Assembly (NCBI GenBank): GCA_963793305.1
Contig: CAWBZV010000003.1
Coordinates: 32,001-96,000 of the forward strand
Length of the DNA: 64,000 nucleotides
Reading direction: 5' to 3'
Origin: an uncultured Gemmatimonadales bacterium
GTDB taxonomy: Bacteria > Gemmatimonadota > Gemmatimonadetes > Gemmatimonadales > Gemmatimonadaceae
Shown: positions 50,547 to 59,167 of the stretch, in pieces
Numbering within the stretch: position 1 is the stretch's first letter
Layout of the letters: each line of letters opens with the position of its first letter
Made by a program: the position numbers and the translations under genes
Notes under the pieces: model-generated
Database searches by the model: none
What the model saw: only the letters and a program-made list of their open reading frames with translations
Told to the model about the DNA's origin: nothing

Positions 50547-53500
50547 ATGCAGGTGCGTATCATTAGTCGGGCGGGCGCAACGCTTCTCGCGTTCGCGCTC
50601 TCGCTCGCCGTTAGTGTCACGGCGCGCGCACAAGGTGTGTACACAGCGGCGGTGCAAGGCACTGTTCTCAATGCGCAGAAGCAACCACTCCCCAACGTCA
50701 CGGTACTGCTGACGAACCCGGCCACCGGCGAGCGGTGGGGCTCGGTGACCGGAACAACGGGACGCTACGCGATCGAAAATGTCCCAGTCGGCGGACCATA
50801 CCATCTCATCGCCCGCACGGTCGGCTACACGCCCGAGCAGCTGAACGGGATTTTTCTCGTCCTCGGCCAACGCTTCGTCGGCGATTTCACGCTGACTGCG
50901 TCGCCGGTCGAGCTCCAGACCGTGCAAGTGACCGTGCCCAAGTCCGAGCTCGATGACGCGACCCGCACCGGGGCATCGTACACGATCAGCGATTCGCTGG
51001 TTCACTCGACGCCGTCGGTCGACCGCGACTTCCAGGCGCTGCTCGAGATGGCGCCGGAAGTCAGCTTCTCGCAGGGCAGCCTCTCGATCGCGGGCGAGAA
51101 CAACCGCTTCAACAACATTCTGATCGACGGCAGCGTCAACAACGACCTGTTCGGGTTGGCCGACAACGGGCTGCCGGGCGGCCAGATCAGCGCGCGGGCG
51201 ATCCCGCTCGAAGCCGTCGACCAGTTACAGCTGCAGATCGCGCCGTACAACGTCCGCCTCGGCGGATTCACGGGCGGGCTCGTCAACGTCGTCACGCGCT
51301 CGGGCACGAACGAGTTCCATGGCTCGCTGCTCGAGTACTTCAGAAATCAGAGTCTCGTCGGCGAGAATATCTTCGGCCAGCACATTCCGCCGTTCGCGAA
51401 TCACGACTTCGGTGGATCGTTCAGCGGGCCGATCGTGAAGGACGTCGCCCACTTCTTCGTCGCATTCGAGACCCGCTACTCGCAGTCGCCAACCTCACCG
51501 ACCCTGGGATCCAACGACACGCAGAACATCGATCAGATCGGCTACTCGATGGCGGCCGCGCAACAGATCGCCCAGAAGATCTCCTCGTACGGCGTCAACC
51601 CTGGCACGCTCAGTGGCCAGACGTTGAACAATCCGAATCCGATCATCTTCGGCAAGGTGGACTTTCAGCTCGCGCCGGGCAACACGATGACAATCTCGGA
51701 GAATTACGCGAGCGGGTACAACGATTTCATCGATCGCAATTACATCACGTCCGGCAACTACGATTTTTCCTCGGACGGCTACAAGATCAAGAATTGGAAC
51801 TCGACGACGCGGTTCAACTACGACGCCACGTTCGGCGGCATTTTCTCGAACAGCCTCATCATCTCGGGGATGTTGATCCGCGACAACCGCCCGCCCAACT
51901 CCAACTCTCCGCAAATCTCCGTCCGGTACACCACACCGTCCGGGCCGGACTCGGGTTCGAGCGGCAACTACGTGCTCGGCGCCGAGGAGTACTCGCAGGA
52001 CAACAACCTGAACCAGAACATCGTCGAGCTGACCGACAACCTGACGATGGCGCTCGGCGATCACCACCTGACCATCGGCACGCACAACGAGTTCTATCAG
52101 TTCCAGAACAACTTCTTCCCGCAAGCGTTTGGGCAATGGACGTTCAGCTCCGTTCAGAATTTCCTCGCCGGCAATGCCAGCGAGTACCAGATCGCGCTCC
52201 CGCTGCGTCCGGGCGGCCCCTACGCGAACTGGACAGCGAACCAGCTCGGTGGCTATGTCCAAGATCAGTGGGCGCCGAGTGACCGGCTGACGCTCATGGG
52301 CGGAGTCCGGGTCGATGTGCCGCTCATCCCGACCGCTCCGAAGCAGAACCCCACGCTGCTCTCGCAGTCCGGCATCAATACCGCATCGTTCCCCAACGGC
52401 AACGCGCAGTTCTCACCACGCATCGGCTTCAACTACGACCTCCTCGGTGACCGCTCGACGATCATCCGCGGCGGCACCGGGCTGTTCCAAGGCCGGCCGG
52501 CGTTCGTCTGGCTGTCTGACGCGTACAGCAATACGGGTGTCGACCAGACCTTGCTCACGTGCCGTGGCAACGTCGTGCCGACCTTCACGCCAGTGGCGAG
52601 CCAACAGCCCCAGACGTGCAGCGGCGGCCCGGGCTCCTCGCCGCCCGTGCCGACCATCAACACATTCAATAGCAACGTCCAATTCCCGCAGATCTGGCGG
52701 TCGTCGCTCGGCATCGATCGCCGGCTCGGCGACGGCTTCATCGCCAAGCTCGATGGCCAGTACTCGCTCACCGAGCACCAGATCTATCTCATCGATCAGA
52801 ACATCAAGGTGCAGGGCTACCTCGCGGGCGAAGGTAACCGCCCGATTTACGGCTCCGAGCCGACCGATCCGTTCCAGTACTACATCAGCCCGACGCATCT
52901 CAACCCGAACTTCGGGCCGATCATTTCGGGCATCAACCGCAGCGGCGACTACGGCTACTCGATCACTCCACAGATCGGCAAGACGTTCGGGCGCTGGTTG
53001 CTCGGATCGTACGGCGAGATCCACGCGTCGTACACGTACGCGCAGAGCTTCGACCGGATGTCGCTGTCGTCGAGCATCGCCACCTCGAACTACCAGTACA
53101 GCGAGCTCAGTGGGAACGCGACGATCTTCAACCGGCCGCTGACGCCGTCGGAATGGTCGACGCCGAACCAGATCAAGGTCAGCGCGATGAACGTCTTCCC
53201 GCTCGGGATCAAGGGGTCGATGTTCTATGTCGGGCGGTCTGGCACGCCATACTCCTATGCCGTGAGCGGCGACGTCAGCGGCCTAGGCGTCAGCTCTGGC
53301 GGGACGACGAACATGATCTATGTCCCCAAGACCATCAACGACATCACGCTCACCGATGCGAACGGGAACGTGCTGGCCGCCCCGGCGAAGCAACAAGTGT
53401 GGAATCAGCTCAATTCCTACATCAATTCCGTCTCGTGCTTGGCCTCGGCCCGCGGCACGATCATGGGCCGTAACGCGTGCCGCAATCCGTGGCAGGACAT

Positions 53501-53789
53501 TATCAACGCGCGGATCGCGAAAGACTTCCACGTCGCCGGCCAATCGTTCGAGCTCTCGTGGGACATCTTCAACCTGCCGAACCTGCTCGATCGCGGTTGG
53601 GGCCTGTACAAGCAGGTCACGCCGTTCGAAGACGCCGACATTTTATACACACAGGGCTTCGACACACAGAATCACCGATTCGCGTATCAGTACACGCCGA
53701 CGCCGAAACAAGTCGTCACCGATTTCGGGACCGGCGTGTTCGAGCCTTCGGTGTGGCGCATGCAGGTTGGCGTGCACTACGCGTTCTAG
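50547..53789 (+). CDS. TonB-dependent receptor (Oar-like, carboxypeptidase regulatory domain)
   Basis: Signal peptide; IDGSVNNDLFGL, TRSGTNEFHGS, YVQDQW and SPRIGFNYD motifs; C-terminal Phe. Confidence 0.92.
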   Translation: MQVRIISRAGATLLAFALSLAVSVTARAQGVYTAAVQGTVLNAQKQPLPNVTVLLTNPATGERWGSVTGTTGRYAIENVPVGGPYHLIARTVGYTPEQLNGIFLVLGQRFVGDFTLTASPVELQTVQVTVPKSELDDATRTGASYTISDSLVHSTPSVDRDFQALLEMAPEVSFSQGSLSIAGENNRFNNILIDGSVNNDLFGLADNGLPGGQISARAIPLEAVDQLQLQIAPYNVRLGGFTGGLVNVVTRSGTNEFHGSLLEYFRNQSLVGENIFGQHIPPFANHDFGGSFSGPIVKDVAHFFVAFETRYSQSPTSPTLGSNDTQNIDQIGYSMAAAQQIAQKISSYGVNPGTLSGQTLNNPNPIIFGKVDFQLAPGNTMTISENYASGYNDFIDRNYITSGNYDFSSDGYKIKNWNSTTRFNYDATFGGIFSNSLIISGMLIRDNRPPNSNSPQISVRYTTPSGPDSGSSGNYVLGAEEYSQDNNLNQNIVELTDNLTMALGDHHLTIGTHNEFYQFQNNFFPQAFGQWTFSSVQNFLAGNASEYQIALPLRPGGPYANWTANQLGGYVQDQWAPSDRLTLMGGVRVDVPLIPTAPKQNPTLLSQSGINTASFPNGNAQFSPRIGFNYDLLGDRSTIIRGGTGLFQGRPAFVWLSDAYSNTGVDQTLLTCRGNVVPTFTPVASQQPQTCSGGPGSSPPVPTINTFNSNVQFPQIWRSSLGIDRRLGDGFIAKLDGQYSLTEHQIYLIDQNIKVQGYLAGEGNRPIYGSEPTDPFQYYISPTHLNPNFGPIISGINRSGDYGYSITPQIGKTFGRWLLGSYGEIHASYTYAQSFDRMSLSSSIATSNYQYSELSGNATIFNRPLTPSEWSTPNQIKVSAMNVFPLGIKGSMFYVGRSGTPYSYAVSGDVSGLGVSSGGTTNMIYVPKTINDITLTDANGNVLAAPAKQQVWNQLNSYINSVSCLASARGTIMGRNACRNPWQDIINARIAKDFHVAGQSFELSWDIFNLPNLLDRGWGLYKQVTPFEDADILYTQGFDTQNHRFAYQYTPTPKQVVTDFGTGVFEPSVWRMQVGVHYAF

Positions 53790-53795
53790 CTGACG

Positions 53796-53830
53796 GACCT
53801 CCATCCCGCGTAGCTTGCGGGATGGAGGTC
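53796..53830 (+). terminator. 14-bp perfect hairpin after the TonB gene, overlapping the next start codon
   Basis: GACCTCCATCCCGC-gtagctt-GCGGGATGGAGGTC. Confidence 0.65.
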
Positions 53831-54325
53831 ACCTTTCGCCGCTTAGCGCCAGCCGACGCGGCTGTGTACCGGGCCCTCCGCTTGGAGGGACTCCGCCTCG
53901 CGTCCCGCGCATTTCAAAGCACGATCGAAGAGGAATCGGCCCTCACGCTCGACGGATACTCGACTCGCCTGGCGACGCCGGACAACGCCACGATCGGCGC
54001 GTTCAGTAACGACACTTTGGTTGGCATCGGCACCATCCTGCGCGAGACCCGGACGACGGTTCGCCATCGGGGAGAGATCGTCGGCATGTATGTCACGCCA
54101 TTGGCGCGGGGCGCTGGAGTGGCCGATGGCATCATGGAGCGACTCATCGCCCACGCGCGGACCCTGGGACTGCGCTGGGTCGGACTGGAGTTGGCGGCGG
54201 AGAACGCGCCGGCGCGTAGCCTGTATGAGCGATTCAAGTTTCGCGAGTACGGGCACAAGCCACGCGCCCAACTGCATGATGGCGCGTGGCTCGAGACCAC
54301 CCTCATGGTCCTACTTCTGGACTAG
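53822..54325 (+). CDS. GNAT family N-acetyltransferase
   Basis: GMYVTPLARGAGVA acetyl-CoA motif and NAPARSLYERFKF; start ATG 53822. Confidence 0.88.
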   Translation: MEVTFRRLAPADAAVYRALRLEGLRLASRAFQSTIEEESALTLDGYSTRLATPDNATIGAFSNDTLVGIGTILRETRTTVRHRGEIVGMYVTPLARGAGVADGIMERLIAHARTLGLRWVGLELAAENAPARSLYERFKFREYGHKPRAQLHDGAWLETTLMVLLLD

Positions 54326-55846
54326 CGCCTCGTCCTTCATGACGCCGAGCATCGGCGGCAGATCAATGCCCGCCACGTCCTTCAGCACCTGCATGATCGG
54401 CGGGACCGCGTGCGCGATGTTCTGGACAAACCCCGCCGCGCCTCCATTGGGATGTCCATTATCCCACACCACAACCTTGTCGAACTTGATGTTCTGCACT
54501 GCCCGAGCCGCGCTATCGGCGAGCATCGGAATTTGCTCGACCATCAATAACTGGAATGCGGCGCGCGCGTCGCCACCCGCGGCAGCAACCACACGGGCGA
54601 AACCGTCCGCCTTCTTACTCATGATCTCGAACTGACCACGCGCCTCGGCCTCGAGCTTCGCGTAGATCGCCGCCGCTTCGGCATTCGCCTCGATCCGACG
54701 ACGTTCGGCGGCCGCCTCCGCTTCGACGATCGTCCGCGCCTTCTCCGCCTTCGCGGGCGCCTCCAATTTCGCCCGCTGCTCGGCTTCTACCCGCTCGGCC
54801 TCGGCCAACGCGGCCTTGGCCATCGCCCGGTTCTGCGCCTCGGCAACGGCCGCGTCGGCCTCCCGCTTGCTGGTCTCGCCGATCCGAAACGACTCGGCGG
54901 TCCTGACCTGCAACTCCGCCTGCGCGGCAACCACCAGGGCCCGCGACTGCGCCTCGCCAGCGACGGCTTTCGCATCCGCCTCGGCGACCGCGACGCGTTT
55001 TTTAAAATCGGCGTCTTTGACCTGGGCCTCCCGCTGGAACGCGGCGGTCTGCTCGGCCACCTGTTGCTCCTTGTCCATCTCGGCCATGCGCACGGCCTGG
55101 TCGCGCTGCATCTCGCGGAGACCGAGCTGCCGCTGCTTGTCCGCCTCGGCGACCTGCACGGTCTTGTCGCGGAACGCGCTCGCCACCCGCACCTCGCCGA
55201 GCTTCTCCTGCTCGGCGACGTTGCCGCGCGCCTGCTGAATGGCTTGTTGCGTGGCTTGCTTGCTGAGCGCCTCCAAGTACCCCGCCGAATCCTTGAGATC
55301 CGTGATGTTCACGTTGATGACCACGAGCCCGAGCTTCTTGAGCTCTGGCTCCAGCTGATGCTGGATGCGATGCAGGAATGAATCACGGTCACGCGCCACC
55401 TCGTCGATCTTCATGCCGGCGATCACCTGCCGCATCTGCCCGACGATGATGTCGTGCGCCGTCTCCTGGATGTCCTTGGACGAAAGACCGAGGAGCCGCA
55501 TCGCCGCGTTCTGGCGAATCTCGCTATCCGTACCCACCGCGACCGTGAACACGCTCGGCACGCTGAGCCGGATATTCTCGAGCGACAGCGCGTCGGTCAG
55601 CGGCACATCGATGCGGATCGGCTCCAGGGTGAGATACGCATACTCCTGGATCACTGGCCACACGAAGGTCCCGCCGCCCGAGATGCACTTGGCGACGCTG
55701 CCCTCGCCGACGTTGCCGGACACGACCAGGATCATGTTCGACGGACAGCGCTTGTAGCGTCCGACGAACATCGACACGAGGCCGAAGAAGACGACCGCGG
55801 CCAGGCCAGCCGCAACCAGCTCGAACACGATCGGAGAGTTGATCAT
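54311..55846 (-). CDS. Flotillin/SPFH domain protein
   Basis: RYKRCP, GGTFVWPVIQ, Ala/Glu coiled coil and IKFDKVVVWD; start ATG 55846. Confidence 0.9.
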   Translation of the reverse strand: MINSPIVFELVAAGLAAVVFFGLVSMFVGRYKRCPSNMILVVSGNVGEGSVAKCISGGGTFVWPVIQEYAYLTLEPIRIDVPLTDALSLENIRLSVPSVFTVAVGTDSEIRQNAAMRLLGLSSKDIQETAHDIIVGQMRQVIAGMKIDEVARDRDSFLHRIQHQLEPELKKLGLVVINVNITDLKDSAGYLEALSKQATQQAIQQARGNVAEQEKLGEVRVASAFRDKTVQVAEADKQRQLGLREMQRDQAVRMAEMDKEQQVAEQTAAFQREAQVKDADFKKRVAVAEADAKAVAGEAQSRALVVAAQAELQVRTAESFRIGETSKREADAAVAEAQNRAMAKAALAEAERVEAEQRAKLEAPAKAEKARTIVEAEAAAERRRIEANAEAAAIYAKLEAEARGQFEIMSKKADGFARVVAAAGGDARAAFQLLMVEQIPMLADSAARAVQNIKFDKVVVWDNGHPNGGAAGFVQNIAHAVPPIMQVLKDVAGIDLPPMLGVMKDEALVQK

Positions 55847-55850
55847 ACAA

Positions 55851-56450
55851 TCATTTTCCCTGAAGAAGAGGTTCATCCACCGCGCACACCACGAGTGCGT
55901 CGGTGCCGTCGATATCCGTGACCAGCACCGGCACGCCCGACGCGAGCGCCTCGCCGTTCGTCGTCGCCTCGTACTCCACGAGGCGATCCCGCACGGTCAC
56001 GTGCACCTTGCCGCGTCCCGCCTGACGGGCCGGGATCGACACGTACACCTGACCGAGCGCGCCAATGGCGGCGTCGATTGGCAACGAGCCGTCACTTTCG
56101 AACGCGGTCATCGACCGCAGCAGTGCCGCGACTCCGCTGGCCGCCGCTACGCCCGCGACCGCGCCAACCGCGACGGCGCTCCACAATGGCGCGCCGCTCG
56201 ACAGGACAGCGGCTCCGCCCAGGCCAAAGAACGCGAAGGCGGCCGCAATCGATTGGAGGTTTGTGAGGTAGCTGCCCCAGCGCGTCCGCGCCATCTTGGC
56301 GCCGTGGCGTCCACCGGCACGTCCACCATGATGATGGCTGACGTGATGACCACCGTGATGGCGATGGTGAACGCCGAGGACGCCGAGCAGGAACTGCAGG
56401 ACGAGAAACGCGCCGCCGGCCGCCGCACAACACAGGAATACCCGCATCAC
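55851..56450 (-). CDS. NfeD-like membrane protein with His-rich loop
   Basis: TM segments plus C-terminal OB-fold pattern (GQVYVSIP..GRGKV); adjacent to flotillin. Confidence 0.8.
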   Translation of the reverse strand: MMRVFLCCAAAGGAFLVLQFLLGVLGVHHRHHGGHHVSHHHGGRAGGRHGAKMARTRWGSYLTNLQSIAAAFAFFGLGGAAVLSSGAPLWSAVAVGAVAGVAAASGVAALLRSMTAFESDGSLPIDAAIGALGQVYVSIPARQAGRGKVHVTVRDRLVEYEATTNGEALASGVPVLVTDIDGTDALVVCAVDEPLLQGK

Positions 56451-56509
56451 ACGACGTACACCCGATAAAAGGGACGACGAATACTACGTGTCTGCGAGGT
56501 CGAAAGTGA

Positions 56510-56541
56510 CGCCGTGCGCTATCTAGCGAGTGCGCACGGCG
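56510..56541 (-). terminator. Hairpin downstream of the DinB-family gene
   Basis: CGCCGTGCGC-N12-GCGCACGGCG. Confidence 0.45.
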
Positions 56542-56560
56542 ATGCGCCCGTTACACGGTG

Positions 56561-57127
56561 TTACTTACTCCAGGGCGGAGTGATTCCGTTCATGCGTGCA
56601 TAAGCGATGAGCTGCCCGAGATGCTCGTGGAGATCACCGGCCATGCCGTACGACGCCTCGATGATCGTGCCGGTGAGCTGTCCGTCGTAGAGCTTTCTCG
56701 TTCCCACGAGCGCATTCGGATCGAGTCCGTCGATGCTCGACCGCGTATACGCGAATCCGTCTTTCAGCGCCTTGAGCACGTCGGCCTTCGTCGACTTCGC
56801 TTCGTACTGCTTCATCACGGCGTCACTCGTGCCGCTGATGACCGGCGACGCCTTCGCGCCGAACGAGATGGGCGCCCAGATGTAGAACTCACTCGATACA
56901 TGCATGAACACCTCGCCGATGGATCGCACACCCGGCGCGGGGCGCCACGAGTACTTCTCGGCGGGGATGGCGTTGGCGAGCGCCGTGAATTTCGAGTGGA
57001 GGGTGTCGAGGTCGTTCATGAACTGCTTGCGGATCTCAATGGCATCCGCACGATTCGGCACGTCCTGCGCTCGGACTACTCCCGACATCGCGGCGACCGC
57101 GACGATGACAGCAAATGAGGTTCGCAT
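56561..57127 (-). CDS. DinB family protein with signal peptide
   Basis: WRPAPGVRSIGEVFMH and HEHLGQLIAYARMNGITPPW motifs; start ATG 57127. Confidence 0.85.
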   Translation of the reverse strand: MRTSFAVIVAVAAMSGVVRAQDVPNRADAIEIRKQFMNDLDTLHSKFTALANAIPAEKYSWRPAPGVRSIGEVFMHVSSEFYIWAPISFGAKASPVISGTSDAVMKQYEAKSTKADVLKALKDGFAYTRSSIDGLDPNALVGTRKLYDGQLTGTIIEASYGMAGDLHEHLGQLIAYARMNGITPPWSK

Positions 57128-57225
57128 GGTCCATAGTATCGTCACGGAGACGGGACCCGGGAAGTGGCAAAAAGTTTGCTGACGGCCACCTGACATTGCG
57201 ACCTGGCGCGACTAGCTTGCCCCGC

Positions 57226-57813
57226 ATGCGACGACTGGCATTGTGCATGGCGATGTTCTGGACCGCGACGACGGCAGCGGCGCAGATGCCCACGCCGGTC
57301 GCCCCGCAAAAGCCGAGCAGCGCGAAACCGATTACGGTCACCAGCACGACGTTCAAGGCGAGTGGCTCGCTGCCGATGCAGGCGGTGTTCAATAGGTTCG
57401 GTTGCACGGGCGGCAACGCATCGCCCCAACTCGCGTGGAGCGGATTCCCAGCCGAGACCAAGAGCTTCGCGGTCACGCTTTGGGATCCGGATGCGCCGAC
57501 GGGAATCGGTTACGTGCACTGGCTCGTGTTCAACATCCCGGTCAACGTCACGAGCCTCGCCGAGAACGCGGGCGCGGCCGCGACGCCCGGTGGCGGTGTC
57601 ACCGGGTACTCCGATTTCGGCATGCACGCGTACGGTGGGCCGTGCCCACCGCCGGGCGACAAGCCGCATTGCTACCTCTTCACCGTCTCAGCCCTGGATG
57701 TGCCGGCGTTGAACGGCGCCGGTCCGGGGACGACGCTCGCCACCTTGACGTTCCTGATGCGTGGGCACGTGCTCGCGCAAGGACAGATCGAGGGTCGATT
57801 CGGCCGTCCCTAA
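57226..57813 (+). CDS. YbhB/YbcL (PEBP/Raf kinase inhibitor-like) protein
   Basis: DPDAP, HW and YGGPCPPPGD motifs; signal peptide from ATG 57226. Confidence 0.9.
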   Translation: MRRLALCMAMFWTATTAAAQMPTPVAPQKPSSAKPITVTSTTFKASGSLPMQAVFNRFGCTGGNASPQLAWSGFPAETKSFAVTLWDPDAPTGIGYVHWLVFNIPVNVTSLAENAGAAATPGGGVTGYSDFGMHAYGGPCPPPGDKPHCYLFTVSALDVPALNGAGPGTTLATLTFLMRGHVLAQGQIEGRFGRP

Positions 57814-57869
57814 CGTGTTGTGCGTTCGATCGTCTCATATCGTCGTCACTCACAACCAGGAGACACCGC

Positions 57870-58142
57870 ATGATCCGGACAGCCTTCGCCGCGTTGGCAT
57901 TCATGGGCTTCGTCGGCACGCGCAGCGCCCCGGCGCCCGCGCCAGTCGTAACCCTCGCGCCGGTCGTCGTCACGGCGAACGAGCCGCACCCCGAGATCTG
58001 GGCCGCCATCCATTCGCTCGAGCATGCGAAGGAGCATCTGCAGCATGCGGCGCATGACTTCGGTGGCCATCGCGTCGAAGCTATCGGTGCGATCGACGCC
58101 GCCCTCGCGCAACTGCATACTTGCCTGGACTACGACAAGTAA
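57870..58142 (+). CDS. Small secreted His-rich helical protein (HDFGGHR motif)
   Basis: AGGAG SD; MIRTAFAALAFMGFVG...HPEIWAAIHSLEHAKEHLQHAAHDFGGHRVEAI; followed by a terminator. Confidence 0.8.
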   Translation: MIRTAFAALAFMGFVGTRSAPAPAPVVTLAPVVVTANEPHPEIWAAIHSLEHAKEHLQHAAHDFGGHRVEAIGAIDAALAQLHTCLDYDK

Positions 58143-58157
58143 ACATACGTTCGTCAC

Positions 58158-58206
58158 ACAGCCGGCCGGAGTCGTCACGCAATGACCCCGGCCGGCTGTT
58201 TCTTTT
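58158..58206 (+). terminator. Rho-independent terminator
   Basis: ACAGCCGGCCGG...CCGGCCGGCTGT followed by TTCTTTT. Confidence 0.8.
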
Positions 58207-58288
58207 GATGGCCACTTAACGCCCGCGAAGTGGGCTTCGTCTCCCTGGCGATTCGACATACCCGAATTCCACCAGGGAGGCGAAACCA

Positions 58289-59167
58289 ATGTCGCACTTA
58301 AAGTTCACAACCACGATAGGGGCCGCGATCATGGTCGCCGCCCTCGCGGCCTGCTCAGGCAGCGCCACGTCCCCGAACAGCACGCCGGCCGTATCCGACA
58401 GCCAAGTCTCGAACGACGTGGCCAATGTGTCGGCCCCGGATGTGGCGGGCGACGCCGCGGACTTCAGCACCGAAGGCCAAGGCGGCACGAACTTCGGCAT
58501 GATCGCCGGCTCGCCGAGCTCGCGCGCGGGCGGCATGTCCGCGTCGGTCGGACCGTGCGGTCCGAGCACGACGGTCATGATCAACTACTACTTCGGCCGC
58601 AACCTGCAGGACACGATCAGCTTCAATCGCACGCGCGAGTGGTTCGCCAATGGCGCGTGCGCCACGTCATGGAGCCCCGAAGTCGACTCCGTCGAGTACG
58701 TCGGCACGTGGGATGAGGATCTGGCTGATGTCAGCGGCAACTGGACACAGCACGCCGACCGCGTTCGCAACTCGTCCGTCATGGGCAACCCGACGCTCGA
58801 CTCGGCCACCGCGCACGTCTGGAACGCGAACGCGCTCGTGCACGATACGATCAACTTCGTCGGCGCGGTGAACACCCGGAACTACGCCGGTGTCGCGTAT
58901 GACACGGCGTCATCGGTCACGTTCAATCACCCGCGCAGCGGCGAGCTCTATCCGATGAGCGGCACCTGGACGCGCTGGGCGACGTGGAACGTGACGGTCA
59001 CCGGCGCGGTCACCAAGAACGAGACGGTGCAACGCCACGTCCTCGTGACCTTCAACGGTACGGAGTTCGTGCCGCTCAACGTGTACAACGTCGAGACCGG
59101 CCAGATCGCGCTGACGTGTCAGGTCGACCTGTTGACGCACCGCATTGTGCCCGGCAGCTGCAACTGA
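58289..59167 (+). CDS. Hypothetical lipoprotein, beta-rich
   Basis: GGGAGG SD, lipobox LAAC, Thr/Asn/Trp-rich. Confidence 0.8.
   Translation: MSHLKFTTTIGAAIMVAALAACSGSATSPNSTPAVSDSQVSNDVANVSAPDVAGDAADFSTEGQGGTNFGMIAGSPSSRAGGMSASVGPCGPSTTVMINYYFGRNLQDTISFNRTREWFANGACATSWSPEVDSVEYVGTWDEDLADVSGNWTQHADRVRNSSVMGNPTLDSATAHVWNANALVHDTINFVGAVNTRNYAGVAYDTASSVTFNHPRSGELYPMSGTWTRWATWNVTVTGAVTKNETVQRHVLVTFNGTEFVPLNVYNVETGQIALTCQVDLLTHRIVPGSCN

Noticed and set aside
58276..58294. GGAGGCGAA(A)CCAATGT match to 49742-49756 as a third repeat copy
   Set aside because: Short match dominated by an SD plus ATG; the palindromic core of the repeat is absent.
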